Of a stretch of DNA of 64,000 bases, positions 24,567 through 38,310 are shown piece by piece. The DNA is from Catajapyx aquilonaris. Lineage: Eukaryota. The translations under genes were made by a program, and so were the position numbers. The stretch lies in assembly GCA_000934665.2 (NCBI GenBank), contig KZ538080.1, forward strand, positions 1-64,000, given 5' to 3'. A model generated the notes under the pieces. That model was not told where the DNA came from. It worked only from the letters and a program-made list of their open reading frames with translations, and did no database searches. Each line of letters starts with the position of its first letter. Position 1 is the stretch's first letter.

Positions 24567-26443
24567 ATGGCAACGAGTTTAAGCCAATTAACTGTTTCGC
24601 AGCGAAGAGTGTACGATGAGGTATGAACATAACAATAAAACATTAACATACCATCATAACATGGTATTTCTTCAGTTTCTAGAAATGGCGAGTGATTTTA
24701 TCGAACCAACTCATAAGGAATACTACCTGCTTCAATGGCTCAATGGTATGTATCATACCATGCTTATGTCCATGTTTTAAATCATTTTTTTTTACCTCCA
24801 TAGACAATAAGTTTGATGCCAAAAAAGCCGCCGATATGTTTAAAGAGGTGAGATTTATTTCAAATACTCGCTTTGCTCGGCGGTGGGGCTTCGCCCCCTT
24901 CATGCGCCTTCGGCGCTTGAAATATGACCCTGCCATATTGATATTCTAACATCGCAAATTACATCTCACAGTCAATGCAGTGGAGACAGAAACATGGAAT
25001 AGACGACATCCAAGAATCATTGCGACTTCCCAAATATTATAAGGAACGTCTGGATGGGAAGGGATTGGTTGGATTCGACAAGGAAGGATGTCCAGGTATG
25101 TCCAGACATGTTCAAAGCTATAAGGAGAAACACTAAGCTTACATTTTACATCTTAACAGTGTGGATATTTCCTATTGGATGGCTGGATTGCAAAGGAATG
25201 ATGTTGTCCACAAATATAGAAGACATTGTGTTACAACTGATCCGTATAATTGAACAGAGCCGAATAGAAGAGGAACGGCAGACCAGCATTACTGGCAGAG
25301 TAATATGCAAGAAAATAATGATTTTGGATGCTGAACATGCTGACTACTCGGTAATGGCTTGGAAAACCAGTAAGTTGTGGTAAAATAATGATTCAGATAA
25401 CAAGTGTGGGATATATTCAGTCATTAATATTTTGAAATGGACCTCATGATTGCTTTTGCCCCATTGGACTTCGACCCCACATTGGTTCATTCATGTTGTT
25501 ACTATGCAGCGTGGAAGCTAGCAGCAAAAGCATTCGCCGCCATTGGACAAAACTACCCAGATTCACTCAAATATCTTTATCTCATCAACAGTGAGTTCTT
25601 ATAGACATGGATGCAACTGATATCTCTTATACTCGTATGTGTGGTATTTGATTACTTCCAGCACCATCTTTCTTCCCACCTGTTTACAAGGCCATGAAGC
25701 ATTTGCTATACGAGTCAGTAAGAAAAACAGTGAAAATGTATGGCAAAAATAAATCTGAATGGCAGCAGGCCCTTCTGGAAGAAATAGATCCAAGCCAACT
25801 GCCAGTGCACTGGGGAGGAACATGCGTAGACCCAGATGGAGACCCCACCTGTCCATCCAAGGTAATTTTGGTTAAAATGTACTACTCAACTCATGTTTGG
25901 AAGAAGCTTGTGCTGAATTCTGTTTGACAGGTTATCACCAAGTTTGAGTTTCCAAAGACAATGTACACGAAGAGTGTCTCTCAGCTGGGCATAAAAGGCA
26001 TGAAGACAGTCTATGTCGACAGTGGTTCCAGCCACCAGTTGGATGTGGAAGTTAAGAGAGATGGATCCAAACTGAGGTGACTTGTCACTCTTAATTGACT
26101 GAAAGTTTAAATTAATTTAAAATTACTCACCACAGGTGGAAGATATATTCGGATGCGACAGAGTTCCGGATCAAGATTCATCGTAGAGTTGCAGATGGAC
26201 TGCGCGAAGTTGACAGCGTTGAACTGGCAGAATGCTACCACACCCTCGTGGAAGGAGAAACGACAACTTTGGAAGCTGGAAAATGTAATAAGTGCATGTG
26301 AGGAATGTCTTCTGTACTGCGTTAAATGGATACATCATTTGATTCCAGATGTGATGGTGTTCGACAACAGTTACTTCAAGCTGAGAGGAAGGACAGTGTC
26401 ATACCATCTTGCGGAAATACAGTCATTGTCGCCTACTATATAA
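24567..26443 (+). CDS. SEC14-like (CRAL-TRIO + GOLD) protein, paralog 3
   Basis: MATSLSQLTVSQRRVYDE / GFDKEGCPVWIFPIGWLDCKG / QNYPDSLK / LLEEIDPSQLPVHWGGTCVDPDGDPTCPSK / FDNSYFKLRGR. Same exon structure as paralogs 1 and 2. Confidence 0.9.
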
Positions 26444-27116
26444 TTTAGTATTACAACATGACATGGTCAAATCACATGTATAGGTCTATAATAAAGCAAG
26501 GATGCATATGCAACAATTTGACCTATGACCTATTGTTCTTGAGCGAGATACTGACCATAATGCAAGCGCATATAAATGATACGAGAAACTTACTAAAAAT
26601 AAATTAAAACTGCTACGGTACTGAAAATAAATGGTTGATGCAATATTACGCATTGGCCAGAGGTACACAAGGTCACCATATCACTGGAAGTCAAAGCCAC
26701 TGAACAGAAGCAGGCCTTGACAATAGCAATTGCTTTTAATATTGGAAAGGCTGAACTGGAATGTCCATATCCAAAAGAAAAAGCCACCAAAATACATCCA
26801 AATCGTGAACTCTCATTTATTTGTACAAGTCTTACTGACTATTTACACCGTTTTTAAATCTTTTTAGTCGTCTCTCAGGAACGAGAAATACTTACAACAT
26901 AGCTCTCTCCAAATTCATGGTATGGGGGACCTACAATTATGAGAGGGAGAGATGAGGACAAACAAATGCAATGTTGTTAACACAAATAATTGTACTGCAG
27001 AGTAATTGAGGGGAAATGGGTGAGTAAAATAAAAAAAGCATCACAATGCAAGTGGGGGTGGTACGACACTTCTCTAAATTATATGTAAAAAAACAACAGA
27101 AAATGGCCAAATATGC

Positions 27117-30100
27117 TCAGTCATCGTCAGAGCTGGAGGACGACGAAGATGAGTCCTCGTACTCTGGGGGCTGCATTGGCGGTGGGCGGGGCACAGGGGG
27201 CAGTGGCTGGACCTGCGGCACAGGCTGCTCCTGCCCCATTTGGATCCTCTGCCTCTTCTGGCAGTCGGGACAGTACCATTTACCCTTAGGGGCCACCATG
27301 ATCCCAACACACTCAAAGTGGAACCACTCAATGGCGCAGTTCTTCCCGTCGCATGCAATCATCTGTGACACCTCATCGTATGGGCACCGGCAATAGCAAT
27401 ACAGTTTGTCATAGTCTTCCTCGCCTGCTCCACCTAGACGTATACCCAAACGCACTGGTGGTGGTGGAGGAGGAGGACGACGCTGCATCAGTGCTGACTC
27501 CACTCCAGAGCTGCTTGAAGAGTCCGAGTCCGACGAGGAGTCAGAAGAATCACTGCTGCTGCCAGAGGAACTACTACTCGATTCCTTTTTCGGTGGCGGC
27601 GGTGGTGGCGGGGGAGGTGGCGGCGGTGCCATTTCAACACGTTTGGGCGGTTGTTTTGGCTTGGCCACCTTTGTGGCTGGCTTGGGCCTCGAAACGCCAC
27701 CTTTTGTAACACGACCGCGGGGAGGACGCTTTTGCGAAGGATTCCTCGCTGGTGTACGTGCTGGTGTACGTGCAGGAGTGCGTGCTGGTGTTGTAATGCG
27801 AACTGGAGCAACCTTCTTCACAGCTGGTGGCACCTTGCGGGGCAACTTGGGCGGTGAAGGTGCTGGTGGCTCCACAGGGGCAACCACGACATCTGGCACA
27901 GACTTCTCAGCATCATTTGTAGGGGTAGTCAGTCCGGAAGTACCACTACCACCTCCAACTTTAGCAAAAAAAGCTTCAGCTAACTGCAACTGTCTGAACT
28001 TGTCTTCAGAGTCACTTTCATCTGTCTCAAGGTCAGATTCCAGTATCTCAGGCTCCTTGTTCACTGGCGGCGGTGGTGGTGGTGGAGGGACAGAGTCTTC
28101 TATGGCAACATCTTCCTTTTCAGACTCCGCTGATGCAGCAGCTGTCGTGGTGTCTGGGATGGCATTGGCTCCACCTTCCATATCTGCCTTTGCTTTCCGC
28201 CGGCGCTTGTGCTTTCGCATCTGGAATGCGAGATGTATTCAGTTACATTACACCAAACTAGTCTCATTACCAAGTTATTAGTAACTGTTAAAACAAATCA
28301 TTTTTATTCAAAATTTATATTTGTGCAAATTCAACTAATTTTCTTCCTACTCAATATGATCAGACTGAGAAGTAAGATCAAGTATTATTGTATTAATGAA
28401 AAACAATCTAAAATAAACATGAAGCAAATCATACCAGGTTACATTTCTGGTTTTTTTTAAAAAATGTTGCGATTCCTATTCCAGACGAAAACCAAAACCA
28501 AGCTGATACACTACAAAAAATATATGCACAGAATAAAATCACATCTGAAAATGTCCACATGTGGCTCAAAATGCGTGCAGAACTGAAGAAAACCACAGAA
28601 CTTCAGCAGAATGCAAAAATTGGTCACTTCTTTTCCAAATCCCCACCTTCTTTCTCTTTCCTTTTCCCTTGGTGGGAGATCCTGAGGCACCACTGCTCTC
28701 TCCCCCCGAAGACTCATCTGAGCTGCTGGAGCTGCTTCCCGAGGATGACGAGCAGCTGCAGTCAGGACCACAGCTGCAGGAAGAGCTGGAGTCACTTCCA
28801 CTCCCACTTGAGCTGGAACTGGAACTGGACGAGCTGGAGCTGTGATGCTTCTGACTCTTCTTCAGTGAGGCCTCCTCGCTGTTTGTTGGCGGAGACGGGG
28901 ATGGTGGTGACACCTTACTCCTCGGTGGGGAGTCATGTGGGGGTGATCCCAAGGATGGGTCGACTGATGCCACGTCAGGGATCTCTGGTTGGATGCAGTA
29001 GTCATGATCCATCATCACCAGCTCCAGCCTTGGAGGAGAAGGTGGCGGCAGCTCTGGCTCCACCACTAGTTCCGGTTTCGGTGGCGGAGTGGCAGGAGCT
29101 GGAGTGGCCTCCTTAGTAGCTGGGGATGAGTCTGAGTCACTCATGTCAGAATCATCCTCGGACAAATTGGGCCCCTTTATATCGTTCAGATCAAAGTAGT
29201 GTTTTTTGGCTGTATCTTCTGTAGGCGTCCTCGCTGATGCATCACCATTTGAAATTGGTTCTGGTGCTGCATCCGCTGCCTTGTCAGGTTCCATTTCAGG
29301 TTCTGGTTCTGGTTCAGGAGCAGGAGAAGCAGCAGGAGCATCAGCAGCAGCAGGAGGCTCTGGTTCAGGCATGGTTGTGACATCAACATCCTCTTCCTCA
29401 TCCTTGTTGGCCACCCCGTTGACCTGCTCTGAAGGGGTTGTGTTTGCCACCTGCCAAAGCGTGTTGATGCAATCGGTATACATGGTAATGGAATTGCCCT
29501 TGTTTGGAGAATGACCCTTCCAGTGGCACATTCAATTGGAATAAATAATCTCTCTACAACTGAACCAAGTGGCATTGGGGCTGAGGTGCTCATCTCTCAT
29601 GCTTCAAGTTTCTCCACTCAGGGATCCATTGACAATTCACAAACCATTATTTCATGTCAGAATGACTATGCGGCCCTCTTCCATGCATTTTTCCAGTGCC
29701 CAGTTTTTGTTGCTAACCCTTCCACCTTTTGCAACTAGCTCACCAATGACAACAACAAACTTATACAATATATCTACTTATACGGCATTTCCCAGCCTGA
29801 TAACTATGTTCATGCTTCAAGCTCAGTTCCCACGTTATGATCACTGCAACTGGTGGAAGCCTGCCCTTCCCACTGGTTCCAGGCTGACATGGAGCCAATG
29901 GGAGAGCCAAGTTGCTGTGTGCATAACGAACAAAGCACGAGCCCTGCCAACTAACTTCCACTCCCTCTCCCCCCCATTTCCCCGTAGATACAAACCTCAT
30001 CTGCAACATTCTCCTTGTCACTCTCCTCGTGAACCATCCTGTGGTGCTTGCTGAGCAGCTTTCGGGAAACAAATCCCCCACCACACACTTGGCACCTGTG

Positions 30101-33100
30101 TGGCTGGTCTCCACTGTGCAGGCGACCATGTACCTGCGTGAAGTACAATTGGTTAGATTAGATCTGAAATTTTCAAGATGTGAACGGAGTCCTCCCAAGA
30201 TTGATTTTGCAGTGTACCACGGTTCATTTTATAAGTGGCAGTTCCTCCCTAATATTTGATTTAAAAAAGTGAGAAACTCAGTTTGTAAATGTCCATGAAG
30301 TAATCAAAATCTGGTCTTGGAAGAGGAGAAATTGCATTTCACATTAGCAAGTAAGATTAGCTTACCTTGAGTGCCATGGCAGTTGAGAACCGGGAGGGAC
30401 AGTGGTCACACCCGAAGCTAGGCGGTGGAATGCAAAAGTGATACACATGGGGCCACTTCTTCTTGAGGCAGCGGCTGCATTCAACACTCTCTGTTCCATG
30501 CTTCCAGAACAGATGGGTCATGAAGTTTGGCTTAGCACTGTAAGCAATGCTGCACTTCCAGCAGAAGTGGTTCAACTTGTGCTTGCGCATGTGCTGCTCC
30601 AGCTTATCCTGCGATTCTGCCACCTCCAGACACAGCTCGCACGATGAGTGGTCCTGGCGCATGTGGACCATGAACCCAAAGAAACCAGGTAGCTCCCGCC
30701 TCTCCGGACAAAGGGGACAACGGTAGCGGAAGGTCACAGGGTTAGACCCATCTGCCGAGCACAAGTGAGCAAAGAGGGCACTGCAGAAGAGGAATCGTCC
30801 ACCACACAAAGGACAGGACATGTACATGCCACGGTGGGATTTACGCCAGTGCAAGAAAAGGTCTCGTTGGTGAGAAACACGGGTTCCGCACAGGAGGCAT
30901 TCACATGGTCGCATTGGGAAGCGTTGGAGGGCATCCTGCACTGACCAGTTGCAATACTCAAAGTAGCGGCGATCTTCAGACAAGTTGGTCAGTGCCAGGC
31001 AGAATGCTTCAGCCAGTTCCCGCAAAGTTAGTGTTTGCTTGACCTTGATGCACTGGCTCATGTCTGGCTCCATCTTGGTCTCATCGCATTCCAGTGTCCC
31101 CTTCGGACTTCCCACCACTTTCCCACTGCAGCTCTCATCTACGCTCCCACTATCAGGGAGGGGTGTGCTCCCCTCCTCCTGATCACCCTGGCTCGACCCA
31201 GATTGGTTCCCATTCACCTGAACGGGTGCAGATTGGTCTCCCTTTATTGGATCATCTTCAGAACCCACATTTTCCCCATCAAGGAGGTTGGCACTGCTAG
31301 AAGCACTGGATTCAGCCTGGTCGCTAGTATCCCCAGCATCTTCCTTCGTCTTTCCGTGGTCACCCTGATCGCCAGGAGCTTCTTCTTTCTCCCCGTGGTC
31401 TTTCTCACCAGTCACCTCAGGTTGGCCATCTTGGTCCACTGCCTCCCTGGGCACTTCATTTTTCACCTCATCTTGATCTACTTCCTTATCATCCATCTTT
31501 TCGTCAGTGCTCCCCTCTAAATTGCCAGCCTGAGTGACTCCCTCCTGTTCCACCAGGTCCTTTGCATCACTTTCCTTATGCAAGCAACTCTCCTTGTCAG
31601 CTTGACCTCCATCTTGGGATGCCTCGCTAACCCCTACTGCACTCCCCTCGTCACGCCTTTCCTCTGGTGTCAATTTCGGATCCTCTTCTTTCTCCAAATT
31701 TGGCTTTGTCAAATCATCCTCATCCTCACTAGCCTTAATTGAATTTTCATTTGCACTAGCCTTAGCTGAGTCATCCTTATGAGGACTAGACCTTGGCAGC
31801 TGCTCCAGGTCACCCTTGGCTTCCTCTGGTTCCAACAAGCCATCCGCTACTGAATTACATTTCGGAAGGTCACCTGGCTCCTGGCTGGACTTATCCTCAT
31901 CTTTTTCTACATTGGACTCATTACCCTGCTTTGAGTCTGGCTTCTGCAAGTCATGGTCACATTTGGCCTCATCACACTCCATCCTGGACTGGACCTGATC
32001 CTCCTCCGAAATGGTTTTCACCTCCTTCTGGACTGTCCGCAGCTGCCTGGCCTGCCATGTGTGCTTGGTCAACACGTGTTTAACCATCTGTACTGTGCTC
32101 AATGGGACCAGCCTCGATTGCCTGCAGAAGAGACAGTCTGACCAGGTGGTGTCAACCATGTCGCTTAGGTGTTTCTCAAGCAAGAATGAATCACCTTCTC
32201 CTAATTCAATTACAGGTCCCTTGCTGCCTGGGCTTTCCACTGAAGGATCCACGTTGGACAACACCTCATCTACCATCATGGCCAACTTCTCTTCTGGTGT
32301 TAATGGTGGCGGTGGAGTTGGCGGGGTCGGTGATGCTGCAGGCAATGGTTCACCCTTAAGGGGTGGCTCTTCTGGTGGTGGCGGTGGTTTGATGGCACTG
32401 TCTCCATCCTCTTCCTCACTGCTGCTTTCCTGAACAGCATCAGCTGCTTCAACTTTTGGGACCTCCTCTTCACTGCTGGAATCATCACTTTCAGGAAGTG
32501 CTTTAGCTTCCGGTGCCCTCTCCGGCTGAGCCACTTCATCTGGTCGCTTTGGTACTATCCGCCGCAAACCACCGCGGTTAAGGCCTCTGCCTCTCCCACG
32601 ACCTCGCCCACCCCGAACAGAAGCTGCTGGTGCTAGTGCTGGGGCCGACACAGGTGATGGCGTTGATTGACTTCCACGTTTCCTCTTTACTGGAGCACTA
32701 AACTTTGGTGCTCCTGGGACTTGTGTGGGGCTCTCAAGTACCTTCGCAGTTGGAAACTTGCGTCGTTTCCCTAACTCCACTGGTGCTGGTTTTGGGGGAG
32801 GTGGTTGTCGTGCCAAGGATTGTGATGGCGGCTGTGACACTGTCGGTGTTGCGGCAGCAGTAGTGGTTGCTGTTGCTACAGCTGTGGTTGCAGCTGTTGC
32901 ATCCTTCTCAATCTCACTCTTTAGCTGGCATGCTCGAAAATGCATATTGACATCTCGCAGTCTCACTACCAGGCCACAGTGGGGGCACTTTCTGCCCTTC
33001 TCAGCGCAAGTATGTGTTCGGATCTCCTCTGAATTGCGCAAAAATGCATTACATGTGCAACAAACAGCCATGCAACCGTCTTTGACACTACTGACATAGT

Positions 33101-33760
33101 CATCCATGGTCGGAAACACAACTTCTTCATTGTTGTGCATTTGCACATGCTCTGCCAACTTTGCTGCATCTTTGAACAGCTCCATGCAATAGAGACATAT
33201 GTTGAGTCTGTGCAACGTTTTGACATGTACATATAAAGCCCCAAGACTGAATGAGACCTTGCATGACGAGCATATGTAGCGTCGTGACCACATTGCCATG
33301 TCATCACGGGATCGATCAATGCAGGGGTATCGGTATGGCTCCGTCTCACCCAGTCCCGGACACGTGTTGTTGTGAATTCGCATCCCACCTAGATTGGATC
33401 CAGCACGCCCACACCGAAAGCACAACATCACCCAGTGGCTTGCTGAATGCTTGACAAGAGCCTCCGAAGTAGGAAGCACTGCCTTGCATCGGTCACACTC
33501 AAACGTCCCATCAGTGCGCCGCCGCTTCCTTGGTGGCTGTCTAGGTGCATCAGGCTTCTTTGTGCGGCGGGCCCGTTTCTTGGGAGCTTTGGGGGCTTCA
33601 GGTTCCCCAGTGTCAATCACTAGGCCATTGTCGTCGCTCTCTGAGTCAGAATCAGAGACATTGTTGGAGGCATCATTATCATGGTCACCATTGTCTAGGC
33701 GTTTCAGCTTCGAGATTCCGGGTGAGTCGTTCTGGATTCCATCTGAACTTCCAGCCTTCG
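27117..33760 (-). CDS. MESR4: Large multi-C2H2 zinc finger + C-terminal ING-type PHD finger protein (MESR4-like). Exons 33760-30366, 30133-29996, 29450-28647, 28220-27117; 5' end unresolved (candidate small exon near 34015-34065)
   Basis: Two clusters of C2H2 fingers (e.g. ICLYCMELF...HVQMH; CWKCSIAYSAKPNFMTHLFWKH; HRCQVCGGGF...HHRMVH), acidic, Ser and Pro tracts, an RGG stretch, TPAR x3, and PHD LYCYCRCPYDEVSQMIACD...EWFHFECVGI...KWYCPDC. The architecture matches Drosophila MESR4 as I remember it. Confidence 0.8.
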
Positions 33761-34429
33761 CTACAAAATAAAAGGCTAATTAGTAATGAAACACATGAAA
33801 TATCACAATACAGTATTAATTTCAAGACCATTTCAAGCATAGGTCCACACTTTGACAAACTATATATGCACAACATCATTGGTAGTTACAAAATATGAAT
33901 AATACATTGATTTGACACTTTTTTATTGCCTCTTTACACATGAGTATAAATGTACTTCATTTCTTTAAATAAATCATACCACAATTACCCCTTATATTTA
34001 GGTTCCAAGTTCACCTAATCGATTGGATGGAAGAAATGTCATAAAGGGTTGTTTTGCTTTGCTCACTGTAGCATGCAAATTCAGTACCGTACAATACATG
34101 CAATGCACTTACAATGGGGAAGTAGCCTTGGTCTGGGATTTGGGATTTTTGTTCATAACTAGCTAGCCCATGCCCATAAACATACATTCCATCACTCTGT
34201 TGCATCAAAACGACATTACTGGATAAATTACGGCACATTTAAAAGTGCCTTCAAAATTGGCGGGAAAAACGCGGCGGCCAATCGAAAGGGTACACTGAAA
34301 TGCCTGGTTGACTGCGAGATATGACGAATTTGACTTTGAATTAACCCCGGACACGACGGAAAGCATTCGCAAGGCGGCTGTAGGCCATCGAAGTGGAGAA
34401 AGGGGGCCTTCATGTGCCGAATTCGGGTG

Positions 34430-34720
34430 ACAGATAATTCCTACCAGTTGGCACCACTGTCAGCCCCTAAGCTGATTGAGCGGCCTGGAATAAATACGCG
34501 CCCCGGCCGCTATCTTGCTCACGGAATGGGACGGTTGCTAACAACAGCGAAGCATTTTACGACAATGACGGGGCGCGTTCTATAACACCATTTTTGCGTT
34601 CATTTCACTTCGCGTGACGTCAACATTTTCTAGGGAAACAGTGACGTCACCATTTCCCTACATAAAAACCCCAATTACTCCGGAACTGAAACTGATATCT
34701 TAAAACGGAATATGCCAAAA
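34430..34720 (-). promoter_or_regulatory. CpG-rich candidate promoter of the MESR4-like gene, with two CRE palindromes
   Basis: Local CpG enrichment upstream of the gene, and TGACGTCA at 34615-34622 and 34642-34649. Confidence 0.4.
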
Positions 34721-37700
34721 AAATCCAAAAAATATGGGCGAATTTATTATGTAGTTTCCAAAATGAAGGCTACTTCCCCATTACTGATAGAATTTTAAAA
34801 CTTCCATAAGCTTCGCATATTAAAGGTAACACTGTGAACTCAAAACATTTAAAAGTATGAGTGACATTTGAACAGTCGAATTTAACTTTCAGGTTATCAA
34901 ATAGCTAACAAAATAATTAAAATTAAGTTAAGTTAACCAGTATGTTTAGTAACAACAGTATTGCAGACATTGTAATAAGTAGACTATCATAACCCAATAT
35001 TCCCCTGACTGAAAGCAGACAGACATCGACCTGCCTTCAAATTGTCAATAAAATGGGTCAATATAGCATACATTGAGGTACAGAAAGTCCTCATTTGCCA
35101 AAGTTCCATTTCCAATATGTGCTACATATGGTTAATATTGACAGTCAACAGGTCTCTAGATGAAAAGCCATTCATAATTATATGCTCAAAGTGCACTCCT
35201 CAACAATCTAAATGCATCATTTTCCCTTTTCCTTGGCTATTTTTTCTTTCATAATGCACCCTATACATGAATGGGTTCCCATGTTTCACATTATAGAATC
35301 TGACTTACTCTGATATTAAGAAATAAACTGGGGTCAATTCAAGTCATGGCACTAGCAAGTGTTTCTGAGAGGTGGCAGGTCCCATTATGGAACAGCAAAG
35401 ATTGATTTGGCCAAGGTCTACAATATCATTACTGCCGAGTATTGTCCAAGTGGAAAGCAAGTACTGTACAATAAAAGTAAATCCATAAGTCGAAGCACCC
35501 CAAAGCAAATTCATGCAGTCCAGTTAGCACACTTATGAGTCCAGATGTGTAGGGAAGAATTTAGATGCTGAAGTTTGGCAAACTGAAGCATGGCTCAACA
35601 CCCTTTCCCACCTTGACCTTCAGCGATGTCATGGCATGTGATGCAAGATCAGCATAATATCAAAACATTGTTTCTGGTACAGGCAACTGCCCTATAGTTA
35701 CGAGGTAAGTGAATTGTGCAGGAAGCATGAGTTCCGATCCCAAGGTGGCACTACATGTTCATGCATCTTGAAATGAGATGGGCTATTGCTTAGCACCCAT
35801 GGATCTACTTGCTCTGCTTGATCTCTCATTAGATTTCATCACCCTTGAGTCAGTTGGTCCCCCACTTGCTATGAGATCTTCACAGCTGCCAGATGAACAA
35901 GGAGCTTATTATCAAGGTCAAACTTCCCATCTCCCTGGCACTTGTAGGAGGTTAGGCACTGCATATTAAAGTGCACACTGGTGCAGCTAGACTGCAATGT
36001 TCAGGAAAAATGATACACCCACAATGTGCAATCTGGTCGAGTGTATCATCAGCCTCTGACGGACTACTACAGTTGGAGTCCAATCCAGTTGCAGTAGTAA
36101 TGACAGTCGATTATCAACACTCTACCTAATTTTATGAGGCAGGCATAGGCTTTCCCCTAAATGCAGGAGCATATAGAAATGTGAAACTCAGTGCACTTCC
36201 AGTGTACCATAGCGAGAGCATGACCATTCAGGGTCCAAAGTGCCACAAAGTCAAAGAACGTAACCCCTCAGGTACTTGTCTACAACAGCAGCATGCTGTT
36301 CTGCACAAAAAACCAGATGACACGTGAAGTAAAAGCATTAGCCAAAATCAAGTAGCTTCAGTGAACTAAAAGCTACTCGGAAGAGGAGGATGGCATGCAT
36401 CACTAATAACCTGGGCTCTGAAAACCTGTGCATGCAGTAAGTAGCATGTCATTTGCATATTCACTACTGTATATGGGACTGAAACCCTGTGTAAAGGTAA
36501 GAAGTTGCATCACCAAGGCATACAGAATCTTGGAACCAACCAAAGCTTGGCATGTAACAAAGTATTTCATCCAATCTTGTTCAATTAATTAAGTGACGGA
36601 TACACTTCAACCTAAAGATAGCCAAGCCTTCAGGCCTGTTTACACAATATGTTACAACACATTGAACATTTTGCCATGGGAGTTTGTGTTCACACTTGTG
36701 CAACTATGGAAATTCTACAGAGACTTGCATATGACTTCAACAGCTTTCAACAAAATATCTGGGTCAGTATTGAGCAGTGTCTTCATAGAATCAGAGATTC
36801 AGATCTTACTACAAACGAGGGTTAGGCACAAGTCAAGGGTGGGAAATTGTCACACTGCCACCCTAACATAATTTGTTACCAGCCATTGACCGGCACTTGC
36901 TGCATTCCATAAAGACCTATGAGAAATGAAAAATGTGACCAATGCATACCGATGGTCAATGACATTCTAGTGAGGTAGGGCAAGAGGGGGATAGCTGTCT
37001 ACCCCTCTACAGTTGTACAGTAATACTGTATGTTACATCAAGTAAACAGAGTGTGCATGCATATCAATAACAACTATACTGGAATTGCCTCGTTTCACAA
37101 AATATTTTGGTAATGAGCAGAAAGACCCCCAAAAAATCAGCCATCGGGACTGAAAAAGAATTCTGCATAGGCCAAGTTTCTGACATGTCCATGGTCCACC
37201 TTTGGCAAGGTTCACTACAGGTGAATAGAACTCAGATACTGTCACAATGTCAGTGGCAAAGTTGACAAATAAATGCAAATGTGACATCAGTAACAGTACT
37301 CAAGCTCCATAACTGAGCCTGCATTGGCTGCCCGCACATATTGCTGTCAGTTGTTTAGCCTCCGCATAGTAACCGACCATTTTAACCAGCATGCAGGGCA
37401 TTCCAATTGAAATGATCCTGATGGAGTGACTTTTGACACTAAGGTGTCTGTTGCCCAATTACTTTTAGTTGTCACCAAGTATTAGCAGATGGTTGAGTAG
37501 CCCTACCCTTTCAAAAGCCTGCAACGGAGGCCTGGTCCTCAAAAATCAAAGCAAGTGCTGACATTTTTGATGCCATTTGTTCCAATGGGTCATTCTCCAT
37601 TGGAAAATAAAAGCAAATCAGAGCTTGTACAAATTGCGTCGTGCTGCTAGCGACATTTTCCAAAGCAGCAGAACAACAAATCTTGCTTGCATGGCTCGCA

Positions 37701-38059
37701 TTATCCAGTGCTTCGATTCGTTCTTCTGCCGCTTCGGAAAATGTTGCTAGCAGTACGACCCTCTTAATGTCCAATACTGTACTGGTATATGAAGCTAATA
37801 TTAGTGCATTTGGCTAACATAAGAAGCTATGTAATACTTCTGATAACCATCAACCAGTAACTGACAAAAACTACTGTACCAAAAATGAGTAACACTAGGA
37901 TCATGTCAATAGGAACACCCTACAGAGTGCTGGCGGAAGTAAATTGTTTCGATGTTTAAGTTCAACACCCAATAGCTCGTCCAAAAGTGTGAGAATTCAA
38001 ACTAGAGTGGGAGCAGGATTCAACAAGTCATGATGGTAAGGATCAAACAATCACTTTAG

Positions 38060-38310
38060 TGGGGGCTTAATGTCTGCCTATTTCTGGACACCAGGGGGTG
38101 GTGGTCCTCCTGGAAATTTGGCCACTCTGAGGATCTTTAACATGCACTCGCGCAATGTCGCACAAGCACACGGGACTGACGGCTTTACTCCGAAGGAAGG
38201 CGCACTCTCACTTTTCTACCACCCGGAAAAAAGTCACCGACCTCGGCAGGGTTCGAACCCACAACTTTGGGACCAGAGGCGAGCACACTAACCACCAGAC
38301 CACCACCGCC
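38060..38310 (-). mobile_element. tRNA-derived SINE with Meta-domain-like core (MetaSINE/Ruka-like)
   Basis: Minus strand: A box TGGTCTGGTGG and B box GGTTCGAACCC, then CCTTCGGAGTAAAGCCGTCAGTCCCGTGTG...TGCATGTTAAAGATCC, which resembles the MetaSINE core (from memory). Confidence 0.75.

Noticed and set aside
27046..33771. Long plus-strand ORFs opposite the MESR4-like gene (e.g. 27643-28281, 28559-29116)
   Set aside because: They are antisense shadows of low-complexity, GC-rich coding exons.
37511..37774. 87-aa minus-strand ORF with a helical-looking sequence
   Set aside because: Non-ATG start, no family motif and no flanking exons found.
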